From Vicinamibacterales bacterium (lineage in GTDB: Bacteria; Acidobacteriota; Vicinamibacteria; Vicinamibacterales; UBA2999), in assembly GCA_035293405.1 (NCBI GenBank), contig DATDOE010000040.1:95672-159671 (forward strand): DNA of 64,000 nucleotides, in the 5' to 3' direction. Of this stretch, positions 52,416-64,000 are shown in pieces. Below the pieces are notes generated by a model. The model saw only the letters and a list, made by a program, of their open reading frames with translations. It ran no database searches and was not told where the DNA came from. A program made the translations under genes and the position numbers. The stretch's first letter is position 1. Every line of letters begins with the position of its first letter.

Positions 52416-53825
52416 ATGTCAAGAGGACCTGCCGTTGCTGCGTGGACGCTCGGCGTGCTGACGGCGCTCGCACTCGCCGGCAGCGTCTACCGCGTGCCGA
52501 TCCAGGTCTCCGACTCGCTCGAAGTCATCGAGCGTGTCGTCACGCTGCCATCGGTGAGGACCGCCTTCGTCGACGGCCTTCACAACTCCCCCACGATGCT
52601 GCGGCCGCTCAAGGAAGTACGGGTGAAGCTGCTGGTTCAGGCCGGTGAAGCACTCGGCGGCCGGTACCACTTCGTGTTTCGCGGATACCACGCCCTCGCC
52701 GGGGCAATCCTGATTGGCCTCTTCGTGTGGGTGTGCCGCGCCCGCACATGGACGGACGTGGCCGCCCTCGGCTTTGCGCTCGCGGTGCTGACCGGAATGC
52801 ACACCTTCGTCGGGCTGTTCCGCGAAGCGTTCCCGGTGAATCACTTTCTGATCGTCACCATCAGCACACTGGCAACGTTTGCCGTCGCGCAGACCCGCGG
52901 CGGATGGCTCGCCGATCTCCTTGCCATCACGCTGCTCTCGGTCGCGGCGCTGTCATTCGAATCGGGCCTGCTCGTGTGGCCCGTTGCCATCGCCGCCTAC
53001 GCCTCCGGTTTGCGCGGTATCTCACGGCGGGGCATCGCCGCCATGACCGCGATTCTCATCGCCTACGCCCTGTTTCGCGGGGGCTATCTGGGCAAGCAGA
53101 GCGCGGGCGTCGGAAACCGCCCGACGGGGTTCGGCGCCGGCACCCTGAGCACATCGGAACAGGTCGAACGGTTCCGGGACAACCCGCTTCCCTTCTACGC
53201 CTACAACGCGACGATGGCCGGCACGACAGTGCTGCTCTCGCAGCCATCGGTCGGCCAGTGGACCGTGGTGAACGCCTGGCGCGGTGGTCCCCTGCCACCT
53301 GTGTTCATCATCCAGATCGGATCGTCGCTCCTGACGACGGCGCTCATCGCGTGGTACGTGTTGGGCCGCAGGCCCTCCGGCCGGAGACGATGGCGCGACC
53401 CGATTCCATTGACCTTCTGTGCGCTGCTGGCGGCCAACGCGCTCGTCAGCTATGCCTACGCGAAGGACGAGATCGTCAGCGCCGCCGGCGTCTTCTACGC
53501 CCTCGCCGCGTATGCCGCGGCACGGGAGCTGCTCACCCGCCGGCCGCCGTTGTGGCTCGCCGGGCCGCTCATCGTACTGGCGCTGGTCCTGAGCAGCGCC
53601 TGGGCGATCCGCGCGGCCGGACTGCACCTGAAGCTGCGGCACGGCGCGTTCGAATCACGCGCGGAGTGGGCGGCGGTGTTGTATCCGACCAATCGGGCAA
53701 GCTGGCCGAAGGATGCGCACACGCTGCAAGTGGTCACGCGCATGCGCGACGAGGCGCTGATGCACCCGACGGTCGTGCCGGCGATGCTGCCGCGCTGGAC
53801 CGAGTTGTGGTGGGGCGAGGACTGA
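52416..53825 (+). CDS. polytopic membrane protein, stand-alone paralog of the C-terminal domain of the 826-3072 product
   Basis: 469 aa, multi-TM, with long collinear similarity to residues ~290-748 of the 826-3072 protein. Confidence 0.75.
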   Translation: MSRGPAVAAWTLGVLTALALAGSVYRVPIQVSDSLEVIERVVTLPSVRTAFVDGLHNSPTMLRPLKEVRVKLLVQAGEALGGRYHFVFRGYHALAGAILIGLFVWVCRARTWTDVAALGFALAVLTGMHTFVGLFREAFPVNHFLIVTISTLATFAVAQTRGGWLADLLAITLLSVAALSFESGLLVWPVAIAAYASGLRGISRRGIAAMTAILIAYALFRGGYLGKQSAGVGNRPTGFGAGTLSTSEQVERFRDNPLPFYAYNATMAGTTVLLSQPSVGQWTVVNAWRGGPLPPVFIIQIGSSLLTTALIAWYVLGRRPSGRRRWRDPIPLTFCALLAANALVSYAYAKDEIVSAAGVFYALAAYAAARELLTRRPPLWLAGPLIVLALVLSSAWAIRAAGLHLKLRHGAFESRAEWAAVLYPTNRASWPKDAHTLQVVTRMRDEALMHPTVVPAMLPRWTELWWGED

Positions 53826-53826
53826 C

Positions 53827-54288
53827 GTGAAGCGGTGGACCACCATCCTGCTGCCGCTGGCGCTGGTCGCCGCGCCGGCGATCGCGATCACCGTGCTGGC
53901 CGCATCGGGGGTCGCAGCACTCGTGCGCGGGCAGCCACTCATCTGGCCGGCGCAGACGGTGACGCTCACTGAAGCCGTGGGCATGCACGACGCGGCCGAG
54001 GTCGTCCGGCAGATCGCCCTGGGCGCGAACCCGAACGCGCGCTACGACGCGTGGGACATCCTGAAGCGATTCCAGCATGTGTCAGTCACCCCGCTCGAGG
54101 CGGCGGTCGCCACGCGCGAGCTGTACATGTTCGACCTGATCGTCGCTGAAGGAGCGTTGCTGACGCCGGATAACGCGCGCACGCTGCAGTGCTTTGCGGC
54201 GCAGGAACGCGCCACCGAGATCGCAGCCTGGCTTGCCGAGCGCTTTCCGCGGCCGGAGTCGTGCGAAGGGGTCACGCTGCCTTGGTGA
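53827..54288 (+). CDS. small membrane-anchored ankyrin-repeat-like protein (paralog of 3074-3403)
   Basis: GTG start 1 nt after the upstream TGA, the same junction as at 3072/3074. TM ILLPLALVAAPAIAITVLAA. LTEAVGMHDAAEVVRQIALGANPNARYD and TPLEAAVATRELYMFDLIVAEGALL. Confidence 0.6.
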   Translation: MKRWTTILLPLALVAAPAIAITVLAASGVAALVRGQPLIWPAQTVTLTEAVGMHDAAEVVRQIALGANPNARYDAWDILKRFQHVSVTPLEAAVATRELYMFDLIVAEGALLTPDNARTLQCFAAQERATEIAAWLAERFPRPESCEGVTLPW

Positions 54289-54327
54289 ACGCTCTCCATT
54301 GAGGCCCGATTTCATTACAATCCCCGC

Positions 54328-55206
54328 ATGACCGCTCCAGCTAAACCGCTGCCACCGCTTCCCGAGGATGACCACCGTGAAGGCACCATGGGGTTTCTCG
54401 ATCATCTGGAGGAGCTTCGCTCGCGACTCATTCGCTCGGGCATCGCCGTTGGCATCGGGATGCTCGTGGCTTTTGTTTTCAGGGATCGCCTTGCCAGCAT
54501 CGTCCTCGAACCCACGCTCCGGGCGCTGCCACCTGGCGCGTCACTGATTGCCACGAAGCCAGGGGAAGGGTTCGCCTTCTACCTCGATGTGGCTCTGATC
54601 GGCGGGGCCGTACTCGCGGCGCCCTACGTGATCTTTCAGGTGTGGAGGTTCATCGCGCCGGGGCTGCATGCAAGCGAGCGCCGGCTGGCGATTCCGTTCC
54701 TGATCATGGCCACTGGAGGCACCGTGGCGGGCGCGCTCTTCGCGCACAGCGTCCTGTTTCCGTCCACGATTGCCTTCTTCGCCACCTTCGACTCATCGGC
54801 CATCAAGTTGACGCCCAGGGTCGAAGAGACCTTCGGCCTCTACCGGAACATGCTGTTGGGCATGATCGCGGTGTTTCAGCTTCCGACGCTGATCTTCTTC
54901 CTCGCCCTCATGCGGCTCGTCACCGCCCGCTGGCTCTGGCGCAATGTCAAGTACGCCATTCTCATCAGCTTCGTCGCCGCCGCGCTGCTCACCTCGTCAC
55001 CGGACCCGTGGAACCAGGCGGTCACCGCCGCGCCCATGATTGCGTTGTATGTCGTCAGCATCGGCATCGCGTGGGTCGTTGGCCTGAGGCACAGGCACGA
55101 ACCCAGTCCAATCGGCGCGCACAAACTTCGACTGGTCGTCACCGCCACGATGGTGGAGCAAGTTCGCCGTGCGGGCATCAACTCCCAACGCCCAACCCGA
55201 ACCTGA
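54328..55206 (+). CDS. tatC: twin-arginine translocase subunit TatC
   Basis: MGFLDHLEELRSRLIRSGIAVGIGMLVAF...FQVWRFIAPGL...6 TM helices. The 3' end runs into the CTCCCAA repeat. Confidence 0.9.
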   Translation: MTAPAKPLPPLPEDDHREGTMGFLDHLEELRSRLIRSGIAVGIGMLVAFVFRDRLASIVLEPTLRALPPGASLIATKPGEGFAFYLDVALIGGAVLAAPYVIFQVWRFIAPGLHASERRLAIPFLIMATGGTVAGALFAHSVLFPSTIAFFATFDSSAIKLTPRVEETFGLYRNMLLGMIAVFQLPTLIFFLALMRLVTARWLWRNVKYAILISFVAAALLTSSPDPWNQAVTAAPMIALYVVSIGIAWVVGLRHRHEPSPIGAHKLRLVVTATMVEQVRRAGINSQRPTRT

Positions 55207-55302
55207 AGGAAACTCCCAATCCGAACCTGAATCCAACCCCCAACTTCCAACCCCTTCCCCCGATTCCCATTGGGAGTTGGCATCAGGTGCGGATTGGGAG
55301 TT
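55179..55302. repeat. heptamer-based palindromic element (CTCCCAA/CCCAACC units forward, TTGGGAG reverse), second copy
   Basis: caactcccaacgcccaacccgaacctgaaggaaactcccaatccgaacctgaatccaacccccaacttccaacc ... cattgggagttggcatcaggtgcggattgggagtt. Confidence 0.75.
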
Positions 55303-55397
55303 GCCCGCCGCCGCCTGACGAATGCCGTCACGAGCGTCAGGCTTTGGCGAGGCCACGCCGAAGCGCGCGTTGACTGAGGCGCGCGAAGGCGGGGGAG

Positions 55398-58544
<3,147 letters not shown>

Positions 58545-58568
58545 AGCTACCTCTAAAGGCCCAAGGCA

Positions 58569-58641
58569 CAATGCTCAATGCAGAATGCCCAAGCATTGAG
58601 CACTCGACTTTGGGCATTGAGCATTGGGCATTGAGCATTGA
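58569..58641. repeat. intercistronic palindromic repeat (GCATTGAGCA / TTGGGCA units) between adaptor and pump genes
   Basis: caatgctcaatgcagaatgcccaagcattgagcactcgactttgggcattgagcattgggcattgagcattg. Confidence 0.7.
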
Positions 58642-59841
58642 TCAGCGAGATCCCCCGACGGCGACGCGTACGCCGTCGGCCAACTGCGCGACGTGGCTCG
58701 TGGCCACCTTCTCACCGGTCTTGATGCCGCTCGTGATCTCGACGAGGTCCCCCACCGGCTGACCCAGCGTGACCAGTCGTTCTTCCGCGCGATCGCCCGA
58801 GACGACGTAGACGCGCGAGGTGCCAGCCACGGTCCGCACCGATGCGGCCGGCACGAGCACGGCCGGAGTATGCGAAGCCTGCTCGATCTGTGCGGTCGCG
58901 AACGATCCCGGCCTGAGCGAGCCGGCCTCATTCGGGACGACGGCCTCGACGATGAGCGTGCGGGAGTCGGCCTGGAGCGCGGGCGAGACGTAGCGCACCT
59001 TTCCCCTGAACTGCTTGCCGGGTGCGGAGTCGACTTCGAGCGACACGGTGCGACCGACGGCCACGTCTGTACTGAACTGCTGCGGCACCGTGAGCTCGAC
59101 GCGGAGAGGGTTGGTGCGCATGACGGAGGCCACCTTCGTGCCCCGAGTGACGTAGTCGCCCACCGACACGAGACGCTCTCCCACGACGCCGGTGAATGGC
59201 GCCCTGACCACGGTGTCGGCAAGCGCCTTCCGTGCGAGGGTCACTCGCGCGCGGGCGGCCAGCAGCGCCTGATACTGCTGGACGGCGCTGTTTCGCGCGA
59301 TGTCGTACTGCCGCCGTGTGACCTCTGCCTGCGAGCTTCGTTGATCGAACTCAGCCTGCGACAACAGCTTCTTCTCGAAGAGCGTGCGCGCGCGCTCGAA
59401 GTCGCCCTGCGAGAGCGACAGCGTCGCGCGGGCGTTGGCCACTTCGGGCACCTTTTCGATGTCGAGCTCGGTTCCGCCATTCAGGCCGAGCCGCCCTTCG
59501 AGCTGCGCGGCGTTCGCCTCCGCCTCCGCGGCCTGAGCCTGTGCTTCCGCGGGCGCGATGCGAATGAGATCCGCGCCCTCGGCCACGCGTGTGCCACGTT
59601 CCACCGGCGTCGCAATGACCCGGCCCTGGATCTCGGCGGCCACATCAGCGGATTCCTCGGCCGCGAGCGTGCCGGTGACCTTGAGGAACCGCGTGATCTG
59701 CTGTTCGGTGGCGGCAACCGTGGTCACGGTCAGCGCGGCGGCGGCTCCGGTCGTGGACGTGGATTCCCCTTTTGCGGTGCCGCAGCCGGCCGCGAGCGCG
59801 GCGATGAGTAATACGTGGGTCCCGTGTATGAATCGAAACAT
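58642..59841 (-). CDS. RND efflux periplasmic adaptor (membrane fusion protein, HlyD family)
   Basis: 399 aa with a lipoprotein-like N-terminus (LIAALAAGCG). Coiled-coil hairpin AEAQAQAAEAEANAAQLE. Beta-barrel / MP domains. Confidence 0.9.
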   Translation of the reverse strand: MFRFIHGTHVLLIAALAAGCGTAKGESTSTTGAAAALTVTTVAATEQQITRFLKVTGTLAAEESADVAAEIQGRVIATPVERGTRVAEGADLIRIAPAEAQAQAAEAEANAAQLEGRLGLNGGTELDIEKVPEVANARATLSLSQGDFERARTLFEKKLLSQAEFDQRSSQAEVTRRQYDIARNSAVQQYQALLAARARVTLARKALADTVVRAPFTGVVGERLVSVGDYVTRGTKVASVMRTNPLRVELTVPQQFSTDVAVGRTVSLEVDSAPGKQFRGKVRYVSPALQADSRTLIVEAVVPNEAGSLRPGSFATAQIEQASHTPAVLVPAASVRTVAGTSRVYVVSGDRAEERLVTLGQPVGDLVEITSGIKTGEKVATSHVAQLADGVRVAVGGSR

Positions 59842-59862
59842 GGAATGAGGGCTCCTCGAGTA

Positions 59863-60540
59863 CTAAGCGGTGCGAGTGGCAGACAGTTCGGGCGCGACCT
59901 CGCAGGGCGTCGTCGGCCGTGCGTGTCGTGGCGCGCCGGCGCGAATGCCGGCGATGGTGGTGTCGATGGCGTCGCGGACGAGCGCGTCGGCATCCTCGGC
60001 CGGCGCGAGCCTCTCTGACAGGCGCGCCGCGGCGATACCGAAGATGGGCGCCCAGAGGAGGCGGAGCGCGACCTCCGCGTGCGTCGTCTCGGGGAACACG
60101 CGCTCCGCGATGCAGCGCTGCACCTGGGCGAGGATGCGGTTTCGCATCTCCGAGATAAACGCAAAGCCTTCGTACTCGCGGCTGACTCGTGGCACGCGCC
60201 GGTCGAGGAACACGAGCGCGAAGTACTGCGGCTGTTCCTTGCTGAACTCATACAGCCGCCACGCCGCTGCGCGGACATCGTCGAGCGGATCGTCGCTCGG
60301 CGCGCCCGTGTGCTGCTTTGCACCGAGCTGCCGGAACCCTTCTTCAGCGAGCGCGAAGAAGATCTCGTCCTTCGAGGTGAAGTAGCCGTAGATCGCGCCG
60401 GGGCTGTACTCGACCTTGGCGGCGATATTTCGAATGGAGACCTGCGCGTACCCGTCGGCGATGAAGAGTTCGAGCGCGGCGTCCAGGATCGCGCGGCGTG
60501 TCGTCTCGCGCGCGAGCTGCTGCCGTTCTTCTCTGCTCAA
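59863..60540 (-). CDS. TetR/AcrR-family transcriptional regulator
   Basis: TTRRAILDAALELFIADGYAQVSIRNIAAKVEYSPGAIYGYFTSKDEIF. Confidence 0.9.
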   Translation of the reverse strand: MSREERQQLARETTRRAILDAALELFIADGYAQVSIRNIAAKVEYSPGAIYGYFTSKDEIFFALAEEGFRQLGAKQHTGAPSDDPLDDVRAAAWRLYEFSKEQPQYFALVFLDRRVPRVSREYEGFAFISEMRNRILAQVQRCIAERVFPETTHAEVALRLLWAPIFGIAAARLSERLAPAEDADALVRDAIDTTIAGIRAGAPRHARPTTPCEVAPELSATRTA

Positions 60541-60660
60541 CGTGAGCCTTTCGTATCGTGGATTGAACGCTGTTCAGTACTCTAAACGACGTTCAGCCAA
60601 GACACAACAGCCGGATGCGCCTCGAACCAGGAGCATTTGCCTCTTTCGTCTGAACGAGCG

Positions 60661-60772
60661 TTTCAGGTTACAAAATTATTTCAATATCATTTCACTATTC
60701 GTTTCATTGTTCGTAAATATCATCGTTTTTATGAGTAATTTGTTGATATACGCCATGGTAGAATAGTTTCAC
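60661..60772. promoter_or_regulatory. strikingly AT-rich divergent promoter region with an extended -10 (TGgTAGAAT) immediately upstream of the hipA-like GTG
   Basis: tttcaggttacaaaattatttcaatatcatttcactattcgtttcattgttcgtaaatatcatcgtttttatgagtaatttgttgatatacgccatggtagaatagtttcac. tagaat sits at 60759-60764, 8 nt before GTG 60773, with no SD. Confidence 0.5.
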
Positions 60773-62035
60773 GTGAACACTGCATTAGTCGAGCTGCGTC
60801 GTGGAGTTCTGGGCGCTGGGGACCTCAGGGGACGACTGGGCGTTTCTGCGGCTACCCTGATGCGCCGGCTTCGCGAAGGGGGGGCTGATGTGGTCCAGAT
60901 CGGTCGCGCCCGCGCCACGCGATACGGGCTGCGACAGTCGTGGCCGGGTCTCGAGACCTCTCGTTTCCCGTTGTTTCGAATAACCGAGGACGGGACTCCG
61001 GCATCGGCAGGCGAACTCTTGACATTGGCGGCCCATCAGACCGTTTCGATGCCCGAGGGTGTCGTGTCTGAGGGACTGCCGACAGAACTGGCCGACGCGC
61101 GGCCATCGGGTTTCCTAGGACGACACTTCGCCGCGAGTCATCCTGATCTGAGGCTGCCCCCGCGCCTCGCCGATTGGTCTGCTCATCACATTCTGATCGC
61201 GATGTCCCGGCGCGGTGAGGATTTCCCCGGCAATCTCATTGTTGGGGATGAATCGTTTGCCCGCTGGCAAGCGCTCGACATCCCTGCCAGGACAAGGAAC
61301 GATTATCCTGCTCTCGCGGAGGCAACGATCGCAGGACACCCTCCCGGATCGTCAGCGGGCGGCGAGCGTCCGAAATTCGGGGCCTTGGTTGGCGGACGTC
61401 ACGTGCTCGTCAAGTTTGCCGTGCGTGGCGCCGCAGGTGATGTGGTTGCTAGGCGGTGGTGCGACCTGCTGGTCCTCGAAGCGCTGGCGCTGGACGCGGC
61501 GTCTTCGCGCGGCTTGTCGGTAGCCCGCACAGCAATTGTCGACACCGCTTCGCACTACTTCCTCGAGAGCGAACGATTTGATCGCGTAGGAATGCGGGGA
61601 CGTATTGCCGTAATGACTCTTGCGGCGGCTCATGACGATCCTGCGGACCCATGGGCTCGGGCGGCCGTTCTTCTAAAGAGCACAGGTCGGATGTCTGATG
61701 AAGATGCCCGTCGCCTTCGGTGGCTCGATGCTTTTGGTGCGCTCATCGCCAACACGGATCGTCATCCGTACAACGTGGTGTTCTTTAGCGAAGGCGCAAC
61801 TCTGCGCCTTGCCCCGGCGTTCGATCAGGTATCGATGTTGTACGCGCCAACGGCGGATGGCCAAGTGGCGCCTCGAATCTTTGCATTACCGCACGCGACG
61901 TCAGACACCCTGGACGTGTGGGATGACGCGCGTATGGCCGCGCGCGAGTTCTGGCAACGGGCCAGTGATGATGCTCGCGTATCAGATGACGTTCGCAGGT
62001 TTTCCGCTGCGAACGCGAATGCTCTCGCCAAATGA
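60773..62035 (+). CDS. HipA-family Ser/Thr kinase with fused N-terminal HTH (YjjJ/HipH-like)
   Basis: N-terminus LGAGDLRGRLGVSAATLMRRLREGGADVVQIGRARATRYGL. C-terminus GGERPKF...FDRVG...FGALIANTDRHPYNVVFF (HipA_C catalytic motif). Confidence 0.8.
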   Translation: MNTALVELRRGVLGAGDLRGRLGVSAATLMRRLREGGADVVQIGRARATRYGLRQSWPGLETSRFPLFRITEDGTPASAGELLTLAAHQTVSMPEGVVSEGLPTELADARPSGFLGRHFAASHPDLRLPPRLADWSAHHILIAMSRRGEDFPGNLIVGDESFARWQALDIPARTRNDYPALAEATIAGHPPGSSAGGERPKFGALVGGRHVLVKFAVRGAAGDVVARRWCDLLVLEALALDAASSRGLSVARTAIVDTASHYFLESERFDRVGMRGRIAVMTLAAAHDDPADPWARAAVLLKSTGRMSDEDARRLRWLDAFGALIANTDRHPYNVVFFSEGATLRLAPAFDQVSMLYAPTADGQVAPRIFALPHATSDTLDVWDDARMAAREFWQRASDDARVSDDVRRFSAANANALAK

Positions 62036-62141
62036 GTGCGGGATGTGCTCGTCCGATCTACGCAGGCGAAGCAGGCGCAGACGATGAGACAGAACTGGTC
62101 GGCGACGCCGAGCGGTAGGACGAACGTCGCTGTCCGTTGTT

Positions 62142-64000
62142 CTACTTGTTCTTGCCGACGCCGAACACGCGCGACCAGAACCCTCGCTTGCGCGGAGCCT
62201 GCGTCTCGACCTTGGGAGGCGGAGCGCTGTCGTTCACCACAGCGGCCGGAGCCGGCTGTGAAGGCACCGGCGCGTGAGAGGTAGGCGCGGATCTCGGATT
62301 GAAGAGCGCGGCAAGCGCTCGCAGGGGATTGCCGATGACCCGGCCATGGATCGGGCAGGAGTCGGTCGGTTCGGTCCCGACCACGAAGTTCTCGTTGTAG
62401 ACCATCGACTGCCGCGACACCTCGCCGGCCTTGTTCACGATCACGGCGTCGCGACACAAATCGGTTGCCAGTTTGCCGCTCAGACGACAGATGGTGGCGG
62501 ACGTGACGTTGCGTGGGCGGCTGAACCAGGTCGCCTGGTCGTGCCCTGTCGCATCGATCATGAAGTGCGCCCAGAGCGGCACAGCGAGCTCCGCGGCGTA
62601 TCCGCGGCTGATGATCTTTCTCGGCTGGTCGTAGCCGACCCACACTCCGGTGACCAGACGCGGTGTGAATCCCACGAACCACGCATCGTGATAATCGTTC
62701 GTGGTTCCCGTCTTGCCGGCGGCCGGCAGCGTGAACCCCTCACGCCGCGCCGGCCAGGCAGTACCGGAGTTCACGACGTCGGCGAGCATCTCCGCCATCT
62801 GAAACGCGGTGGCTTCGCTGACCGCGCGCTGCTGCACGTGCTCGTCGGTATAGAGGACTTCTCCATCGTTGGTCTCGACGCGCCGGACGAGCACCGCTGC
62901 CGGCACCATGCCGCGGTTGGCAAACGTGCCGAAGGCCGACGTCATCGAAACGAGCGTCACTTCTCCCGATCCAAGCGCCAACGACGGCACGCTCGGCACC
63001 GAGCCCACGCCAAGCTGCTTGGCGTACTGCACCGTGACCGCGATGCCCACGTCCTCGAGCATCCGGACCGCTGCCCGGTTGCTCGAGGTCCGCAGCGCCA
63101 TCCGCATCGTCATCGACGGGCTCTCGAGGTGCTCGTCTTCCGGCACCCACGCGCCCTGCAGGGTCATGATCGGCTCATCCAGCCTGGTGATCAGCGTGCC
63201 TGGCGAAAACCCACGCTCGAGAGCCGCGGCGTAGACAAACGGCTTGAACGCCGAACCGGGCTGGCGCTTGGCCTGGGTCGCCCGGTTGAAGGAGCTGTGC
63301 GCGAAGTCGCGGCCGCCGACCATGGCCCGCACATCGCCGGTCTGCGGGTCCATCGCGACGAGGGCCGCCTGCAGTGCGTCGGTGCCCGACGTCTTCGCCT
63401 TCCCCTGCCGGCGCTCGATGTCCGCGAGCGCGCGGGCCACTTCGGCCTCGGCGGCCTTCTGCATCTCCAGGTCGATCGTGGTGTAGACCTTCAACCCGCC
63501 CTCATAGACACGCCCCCATCCGAAGCGCTCTACGAGAAATCGACGGACTTCCTCTTTGAAGTACTGCCCGTAGGCCTCACCCTGCCGCAGCCCGTCGTTG
63601 AGGACGACCGGCGCCTTGACAGCACCGTCGTAGGCGGCGCGATCGATCATCTTTTCGTCACGCATCGCCTGCAAGACGACGTTGCGCCGCGCTGTCGCGC
63701 GCTCGATGCTGACGGTGGGCGCATAGCTGGACGGCGCTTTCACCAGACCGGCCAGAAGCGCCGCCTCGGCCACCGACACTTCGGACGCATGCTTCCCGAA
63801 ATAGCCGAGTGCTGCCGCCTCGACGCCGTAGAGCCCGTCGCCGAAGTACACCTTATTGAGATAGAAGGAAAGGATCTCGTTCTTGGTGTACTGGCTCTCG
63901 AGCCGCGCCGCGACAATGACCTCCGTCACCTTCCGGCGGATGGTCTTGTCGGCGGTGAGAAAGCTCTGTCGGGCCAGCTGCTGGGTAATGGTGCTGCCGC
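62142..64000 (-). CDS. class A penicillin-binding protein (PBP1A-type transglycosylase/transpeptidase), N-terminus beyond the right edge
   Basis: GT51 motifs continue to the window edge (GSTITQQLARQSFL...RKVTEVIVAARLE...KNEILSFYLNKVYFG). Transpeptidase motifs follow (RQPGSAFKP, KTGTTND). Confidence 0.9.
   Translation of the reverse strand, partial: GSTITQQLARQSFLTADKTIRRKVTEVIVAARLESQYTKNEILSFYLNKVYFGDGLYGVEAAALGYFGKHASEVSVAEAALLAGLVKAPSSYAPTVSIERATARRNVVLQAMRDEKMIDRAAYDGAVKAPVVLNDGLRQGEAYGQYFKEEVRRFLVERFGWGRVYEGGLKVYTTIDLEMQKAAEAEVARALADIERRQGKAKTSGTDALQAALVAMDPQTGDVRAMVGGRDFAHSSFNRATQAKRQPGSAFKPFVYAAALERGFSPGTLITRLDEPIMTLQGAWVPEDEHLESPSMTMRMALRTSSNRAAVRMLEDVGIAVTVQYAKQLGVGSVPSVPSLALGSGEVTLVSMTSAFGTFANRGMVPAAVLVRRVETNDGEVLYTDEHVQQRAVSEATAFQMAEMLADVVNSGTAWPARREGFTLPAAGKTGTTNDYHDAWFVGFTPRLVTGVWVGYDQPRKIISRGYAAELAVPLWAHFMIDATGHDQATWFSRPRNVTSATICRLSGKLATDLCRDAVIVNKAGEVSRQSMVYNENFVVGTEPTDSCPIHGRVIGNPLRALAALFNPRSAPTSHAPVPSQPAPAAVVNDSAPPPKVETQAPRKRGFWSRVFGVGKNK

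Overview
GC-rich bacterial chromosomal segment with strong third-codon-position G/C bias and many Arg/Pro-rich antisense shadow ORFs. The dispersed CACGGAG-type heptamer repeats suggest an Acidobacteriota-like soil lineage, but that is only a guess. About two thirds of the window is surface-glycan biosynthesis, in three blocks. (i) 826-11279: a GT2::polytopic-membrane fusion, a PhyH dioxygenase, methyltransferases, a WbqC-like protein, an ArnC-like GT2, a NeuD/PglD-like acyltransferase and a DegT/WecE-like aminotransferase. (ii) 19905 down to 11672 on the minus strand: a Wzt/Wzm ABC exporter, a GT-B-like::FkbM methyltransferase fusion, a GT-C-like membrane protein, a methyltransferase and smpB. 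(iii) 43586 down to 29714 on the minus strand: 13 genes, mostly joined by ATGA/GTGA stop-start overlaps. They encode a CDP-hexose pathway (RfbF, RfbG, RmlC-like epimerase, SDR), two TylCIII-like C-methyltransferases, CmcI-like and TylF-like methyltransferases, a GT2, and members of an unassigned GT-B-like paralog family (5 domain copies in the window). A visibly lower-GC accessory stretch (about 22.4-29.7 kb) has cassettes bracketed by inverted CACGGAG repeat clusters. It holds a TIR-NACHT/STAND-FGE(SUMF1) protein, which is my top candidate for an uncharacterised defence system, plus an AraC/GyrI regulator, unknown proteins and a DUF2934/HEPN-like protein. A second lower-GC stretch (about 43.6-50.4 kb) encodes a large secreted repeat/BACON-like/matrixin-like metalloprotease with a small secreted partner, a frameshifted pseudogene, a second PhyH dioxygenase and a TylF-like methyltransferase. 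Housekeeping genes are nadE, a MOSC protein, pdxA, holB, tatC, a TetR-MFP-RND efflux operon, a HipA/YjjJ-like kinase and a PBP1A cut by the right edge. Convergent intergenic regions are filled with long near-perfect inverted repeats (MITE-like) and heptamer-based palindromic elements. I recognised no rRNA, tRNA, CRISPR array or intact transposase.
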